Source: Cyanobacteria bacterium P01_G01_bin.38 (GTDB lineage: Bacteria > Cyanobacteriota > Cyanobacteriia > Phormidesmidales > Phormidesmidaceae). From it: DNA of 57,044 nt. The stretch covers positions 1 to 57,044 of the forward strand of contig JBCDDJ010000001.1 of NCBI GenBank assembly GCA_039180385.1, given 5' to 3'. This document shows, piece by piece, positions 54,158 to 57,044 of the stretch. The stretch's first letter is position 1, and the number at the start of each line of letters is the position of its first letter. Under the pieces are notes generated by a model. The model saw only the letters and a program-made list of their open reading frames with translations. It made no database searches and had not been told where the DNA came from. Position numbers and translations under genes: made by a program.

Positions 54158-54223
54158 ATTGGGAATCTAATCCCATGACATATTCAGGAAACTCATCAAC
54201 AACGTGATGAAAAAGATGAAACC

Positions 54224-54568
54224 TTAATGTCGTTTACTTCGACTCTGTCTTTGTCCACGAGCGGCGGTCTGGAATTGCTTTTTGGACGTGCTGCTTTGAT
54301 TGCTTAATAAACTGGCCTGATAAACCGCAATCGCTCGCTGATGGGCCACCGGGTCGTGACGGTTATGCACCCAGTCTTTCAGTAACTCCAGGTTGTAGCG
54401 AATCACCCGGCTATTGATGCGAACCCAATGTAGCCCCTCAATCAACAGACCCTGGGAACGGTAACGCTTGAGCGTGGTGTCGCTAAGCTTCAGACATTGG
54501 GTAGCTTCTTGCTTGCTGACGAACTGGGTGATAGGGATAGCTGTTGGCTGGCTAATGGATTGGGCCAT
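54224..54568 (-). CDS. excisionase-like / MerR-AlpA-type HTH DNA-binding protein
   Basis: MAQSISQ...VSKQEATQCLKLSDTTLKRYRSQGLLIEGLHWVRINSRVIRYNLELLKDWV is a typical Xis-type HTH. GGAG lies 9 nt upstream of the ATG at 54568. The longer ORF-track start at 54718 would overlap the Ner-like gene. Confidence 0.6.
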   Translation of the reverse strand: MAQSISQPTAIPITQFVSKQEATQCLKLSDTTLKRYRSQGLLIEGLHWVRINSRVIRYNLELLKDWVHNRHDPVAHQRAIAVYQASLLSNQSSTSKKQFQTAARGQRQSRSKRH

Positions 54569-54776
54569 GATTAACAACTCCTCGCTTATAGCGTTGAGGC
54601 CAGATTTCATGGGGTGAGAGCCCCACTTTACTTGCAATAAATCGTTCGATCCGTCGAGAGCGCTGTCGTGAGAGTGCATGGGAAACCGCCGAGGGGCCAA
54701 TTTCCAACTCCCTGGCAATGCTTGCTAGAGTCCAGCCTTGCTTTCGCAAAGCTGCTTTAATGTCTTCTACATGCAT
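54552..54776 (-). CDS. Ner/Nlp-like HTH regulator (Cro-type role)
   Basis: MHVEDIKAALRKQGWTLASIARELEIGPSAVSHAL...SPHEIWPQRY matches the Mu Ner / Nlp family pattern from memory. Confidence 0.65.
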   Translation of the reverse strand: MHVEDIKAALRKQGWTLASIARELEIGPSAVSHALSRQRSRRIERFIASKVGLSPHEIWPQRYKRGVVNHGPIH

Positions 54777-54877
54777 AAGATTTGGGTAGCTACATCAACA
54801 TACCGATGAAGTTAGCAATTAAAAAATTGCATGTCAAGCGTTATAATTTGCAATCGTTGACAACACAATAACGCCTT
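54777..54877. promoter_or_regulatory. divergent overlapping promoters with a palindromic operator (CI-like / Ner-like switch region)
   Basis: Minus strand: TTGACA (54837-54832), 17-nt spacer, TAACTT (54814-54809). Plus strand: TTAAAA (54819-54824), 17-nt spacer, TATAAT (54842-54847). The 16-bp palindrome GCAATTAAAAAATTGC (54815-54830) lies in both spacers. An extra GCAAT half-site lies at 54850-54854. Confidence 0.5.
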
Positions 54878-55513
54878 ATGCCTAATCCACCTTCTGAAAA
54901 GATGCAGCCCAATATTGGTGAATCTGATGACTTTCCCAGCCGATTGAAAAAGGCAGTTGGGAACAAGAGTATTCGCGGCTTCGCCCGTGAGTGCGGTTTT
55001 TCCGATACGGTACTGCGTCAGTATCTCAATGGACAGAGTGAGCCGACTCGACCTGTGTTGCTCGCGATCGCTCGTGCCGCTGACGTCAGTCTGGAGTGGT
55101 TGGCCGCCGGGCGGACTGCTTCCGAAAATTCAACGGATATCCTAGCTAAGAAATACGTTTATAAGGAAACCTTAGCCTTTGATGCGGATTGGCTACAGGC
55201 CCAGTTTCCAAATTCGTTCGAAAATCTTCTCCTGACCCAGGTTAAAGACGAGAGTATGGAACCAACGCTGCATGTTGGTGACTTGATTTTGGTAGACACC
55301 CATGTTCGAGACCTGGATGCGGTTGACCACGGGATTTACCTGCTGAAGTTAGGAGATCGCCTACTGATCAAACGTTTGCAATATTGGGTGGACAATACGC
55401 TTCAGGTACTCAGTGACAATCCTGCCTATGAAACTTTTTCAATCGAGTTGTCTGACAGACCCAGTCCTCTCAGTATTATGGGTAAAATCGTTTGGGTTGG
55501 CCACAAATATTAG
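54878..55513 (+). CDS. CI/LexA-like repressor (XRE HTH + S24 peptidase domain)
   Basis: HTH IRGFARECGFSDTVLRQYLNGQSEPT. S24 catalytic context DESMEPTL (Ser) and LLIKRL (Lys). Confidence 0.8.
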   Translation: MPNPPSEKMQPNIGESDDFPSRLKKAVGNKSIRGFARECGFSDTVLRQYLNGQSEPTRPVLLAIARAADVSLEWLAAGRTASENSTDILAKKYVYKETLAFDADWLQAQFPNSFENLLLTQVKDESMEPTLHVGDLILVDTHVRDLDAVDHGIYLLKLGDRLLIKRLQYWVDNTLQVLSDNPAYETFSIELSDRPSPLSIMGKIVWVGHKY

Positions 55514-55557
55514 AATGGCTTCATATACCAGTTTCACGAGATAACAAAGTCAGTGAC

Positions 55558-56727
55558 TCAAAACTCTGGCACATCAAGTTTGCGCTTCTTAGCTGCGTAA
55601 TACTTATAAATCACCTCAGGAGAGTTACCTACCAATCGAGCCACATCCTTTGCATCCATTCCAGCCTCTAACGCCAGTGTGATAAACGTATGGCGTGTTT
55701 GGTAAAGCTTTCGATATTCGAGATTGAGACCTTTGAGAACTTTTGCCCAGGTGCGATTTCTAAAATTGTTGAGATCGATAGCCTTACCCTCTGGAGAAGG
55801 AAAGACAAAGGTTTCTGAGGTAACTTTGTCAGGCTTGATAGAACACAGTAACCTTCTCAGTGGCTTATTGCATGGAAATATTCGTTGTTCCTGCGTTTTC
55901 AAACCATCTCGGATTCGCTTGCCAGTTTCTGTTCTGATCAATGCCTGAGAAAAAGTAATTTCCTTACATTTTTTTGAAATATACTTCCAGGTAAGCGCAG
56001 ATGCTTCTGAGGGCCGACAACCAGTTGAGAACAAAAACTTAATGAGCGCTGTATAATAACTATGCTTAAAGGCAGATGATCTAGGGCTAAACTGATCGGT
56101 TTCGATAGCTTGAATGATTGCATCCCGCTCTGAGGCTGAAAAGGGATTGATATCGTTCAAGCCATCTGTTGAAACTGATTTCGGCACCTTGATCTTAGCA
56201 GCCATACCGAGGAACGGATTGTGCTCAATGAATCCAGAATCAATTGCCCAGTCACAACAGGCTGAGATGCGAGTAATCAAACGTTTACTGGTATCTAGAG
56301 AAAGATGAGCCAAAATATAATCTCGCATTTCACTGGCGCGGCTTAAATCGTGAGTTGGGAAGCGAGCAATATGATTGGTGTAGGGGCCATAGGTATAGCT
56401 CATCGTGTTTGGAGAACATTGAGGTCGCTTAAATTCTATGAACTTGGGCCACAGGTCAGCCAGATTTAGCTCGGCTGATTGGGTGTTTGCATCATATTCA
56501 GGCTTATACCTGGCAAAAGTAGGGTCGAACCTGTCGAAGGCAATGTCCGATTCAATCAGTTTGGCTTTTGCTTCAGCAGCCCGACGATTAATCGTCGTAT
56601 CAGGAAGCCCCGTACTCAAATAGTGGCGCTTACCAATATAGGTAAAGACCAACTGAAGTCGATCATTAGAGGACTTAATCCGGACAGTACCTTTAGACGC
56701 TTTGTGCTTTTTCGGGGCCGAGGTCAT
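55558..56727 (-). CDS. int: tyrosine recombinase / phage-type integrase
   Basis: 389 aa. C-terminal catalytic region ...GCRPSEASAL... LYQTRHTFITLALEAGMDAKDVARLVGNSPEVIYKYY (R..H..R..Y pattern). Adjacent to the 3' end of a tRNA gene. Confidence 0.85.
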   Translation of the reverse strand: MTSAPKKHKASKGTVRIKSSNDRLQLVFTYIGKRHYLSTGLPDTTINRRAAEAKAKLIESDIAFDRFDPTFARYKPEYDANTQSAELNLADLWPKFIEFKRPQCSPNTMSYTYGPYTNHIARFPTHDLSRASEMRDYILAHLSLDTSKRLITRISACCDWAIDSGFIEHNPFLGMAAKIKVPKSVSTDGLNDINPFSASERDAIIQAIETDQFSPRSSAFKHSYYTALIKFLFSTGCRPSEASALTWKYISKKCKEITFSQALIRTETGKRIRDGLKTQEQRIFPCNKPLRRLLCSIKPDKVTSETFVFPSPEGKAIDLNNFRNRTWAKVLKGLNLEYRKLYQTRHTFITLALEAGMDAKDVARLVGNSPEVIYKYYAAKKRKLDVPEF

Positions 56728-56874
56728 GATGGTGCCTCCTTGCTCAGTACAAAATACCCGCCTGGATTTACCCCAATCCTACCCCAATAAATGAACTAAA
56801 TTGGCCAAAAATGACCCAAAAAATGCTCTTGAGTACAGACACGAGCACTTATCTTGGCGGTCATCAAGATCGTG

Positions 56875-56908
56875 AAGGCCCCTGAAATCAATTGATTTCA
56901 GGGGCCTT
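56875..56908. repeat. perfect 34-bp palindrome between the integrase region and the tRNA 3' end
   Basis: AAGGCCCCTGAAATCAA|TTGATTTCAGGGGCCTT. No convincing U-tract in either direction. Possible tRNA terminator or recombination-arm site. Confidence 0.6.
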
Positions 56909-56917
56909 TGTTGGGAA

Positions 56918-56988
56918 GCGGGTGAACGGACTCGAACCGTCGACATTCAGCTTGGGAAGCTGACGTTCTACCACTGAACTACACCCGC
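56918..56988 (-). tRNA. tRNA-Gly (anticodon CCC), CCA not encoded
   Basis: Sense strand GCGGGTG-TA-GTTC-AGTGGTA-GAAC-G-TCAGC-TTCCCAA-GCTGA-ATGTC-GACGG-TTCGAGT-CCGTT-CACCCGC folds into a canonical cloverleaf with a 7-bp acceptor, 5-bp anticodon stem, U33 and A37. Confidence 0.9.
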
Positions 56989-57044
56989 AGGTCTTGGCTC
57001 TAATAGTACCAGCTAATTAAGCTTTTGCCGAAACATGAGTAGTC

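Larger units (their letters stand above)
18798..56917. mobile_element. integrative conjugative element (about 38 kb) inserted next to the 3' end of tRNA-Gly(CCC); left end not precisely defined
   Basis: A tyrosine integrase abuts the tRNA 3' end. Xis-like, CI/Ner switch, primase-helicase, ParA, T4SS operon, coupling protein, methylase-helicase and Prim-Pol genes are all contiguous. HIP1 density is lower than in the 1-17.6 kb chromosome part. Gene debris lies at the left junction. Confidence 0.75.

Noticed and set aside
1-57044. Looked for CRISPR arrays, rRNA genes, additional tRNAs and large direct repeats.
   Set aside because: I saw no regularly spaced repeats of 25-40 bp, no rRNA-like sequence and no second cloverleaf candidate. 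An automated scan is still advisable.

Overview
All calls come from reading the ORF translations and the raw sequence by eye. Family assignments rest on motifs recalled from memory. No searches or computations were run.

Chromosome (about 1-17.6 kb): this part looks like ordinary cyanobacterial chromosome. GCGATCGC (HIP1) palindromes occur about once per kb by my count. Genes include an allophycocyanin-alpha-like protein, an HLIP, a truncated NblA-like ORF, a pentapeptide-repeat protein, FtsH, a P-type cation ATPase, and fasciclin, SPFH, transglutaminase-like and SRPBCC proteins. One intact IS sits at 7038-8598 with an 8-bp target duplication. There is also a nonsense-interrupted PsiE-like gene.

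Junction (17.6-18.8 kb): decayed gene debris, consisting of a transposase remnant and the frameshifted 3' end of a heavy-metal ATPase.

Integrative conjugative element (about 18.8 kb to tRNA-Gly(CCC) at 56918-56988, roughly 38 kb). It carries:
- a tyrosine integrase and an Xis-like HTH protein
- a CI(S24)/Ner-like divergent switch
- a Zn-finger/Toprim primase-helicase
- ParA plus a small adaptor
- a long minus-strand type IV secretion operon (pilin-like, VirB3-like, VirB4, VirB6/8/10-like, M23 hydrolase, coupling protein)
- a 2148-aa methyltransferase/Sno-type helicase ORF
- a Prim-Pol protein

Best candidate for an undescribed system: a sharply AT-rich cargo of about 7.6 kb (43.4-51.1 kb) is nested in the element. 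It holds a translationally coupled gene pair. The first gene encodes a 434-aa P-loop NTPase. The second encodes a 1932-aa protein in which TPR-like repeats and a STAND-type NTPase are joined by a coiled coil to a complete PEP-carboxylase-like enzyme.

Other observations worth checking:
- an out-of-frame 173-aa ORF with its own Shine-Dalgarno inside the linker of the giant methylase-helicase
- a C-terminal module of about 50 aa shared by three consecutive transfer proteins
- a dense GTCTAC/GTAGAC hexamer cluster inside the 3' end of the primase-helicase gene
- a long inverted repeat upstream of that gene
- no recognisable relaxase, VirB11 or attR repeat
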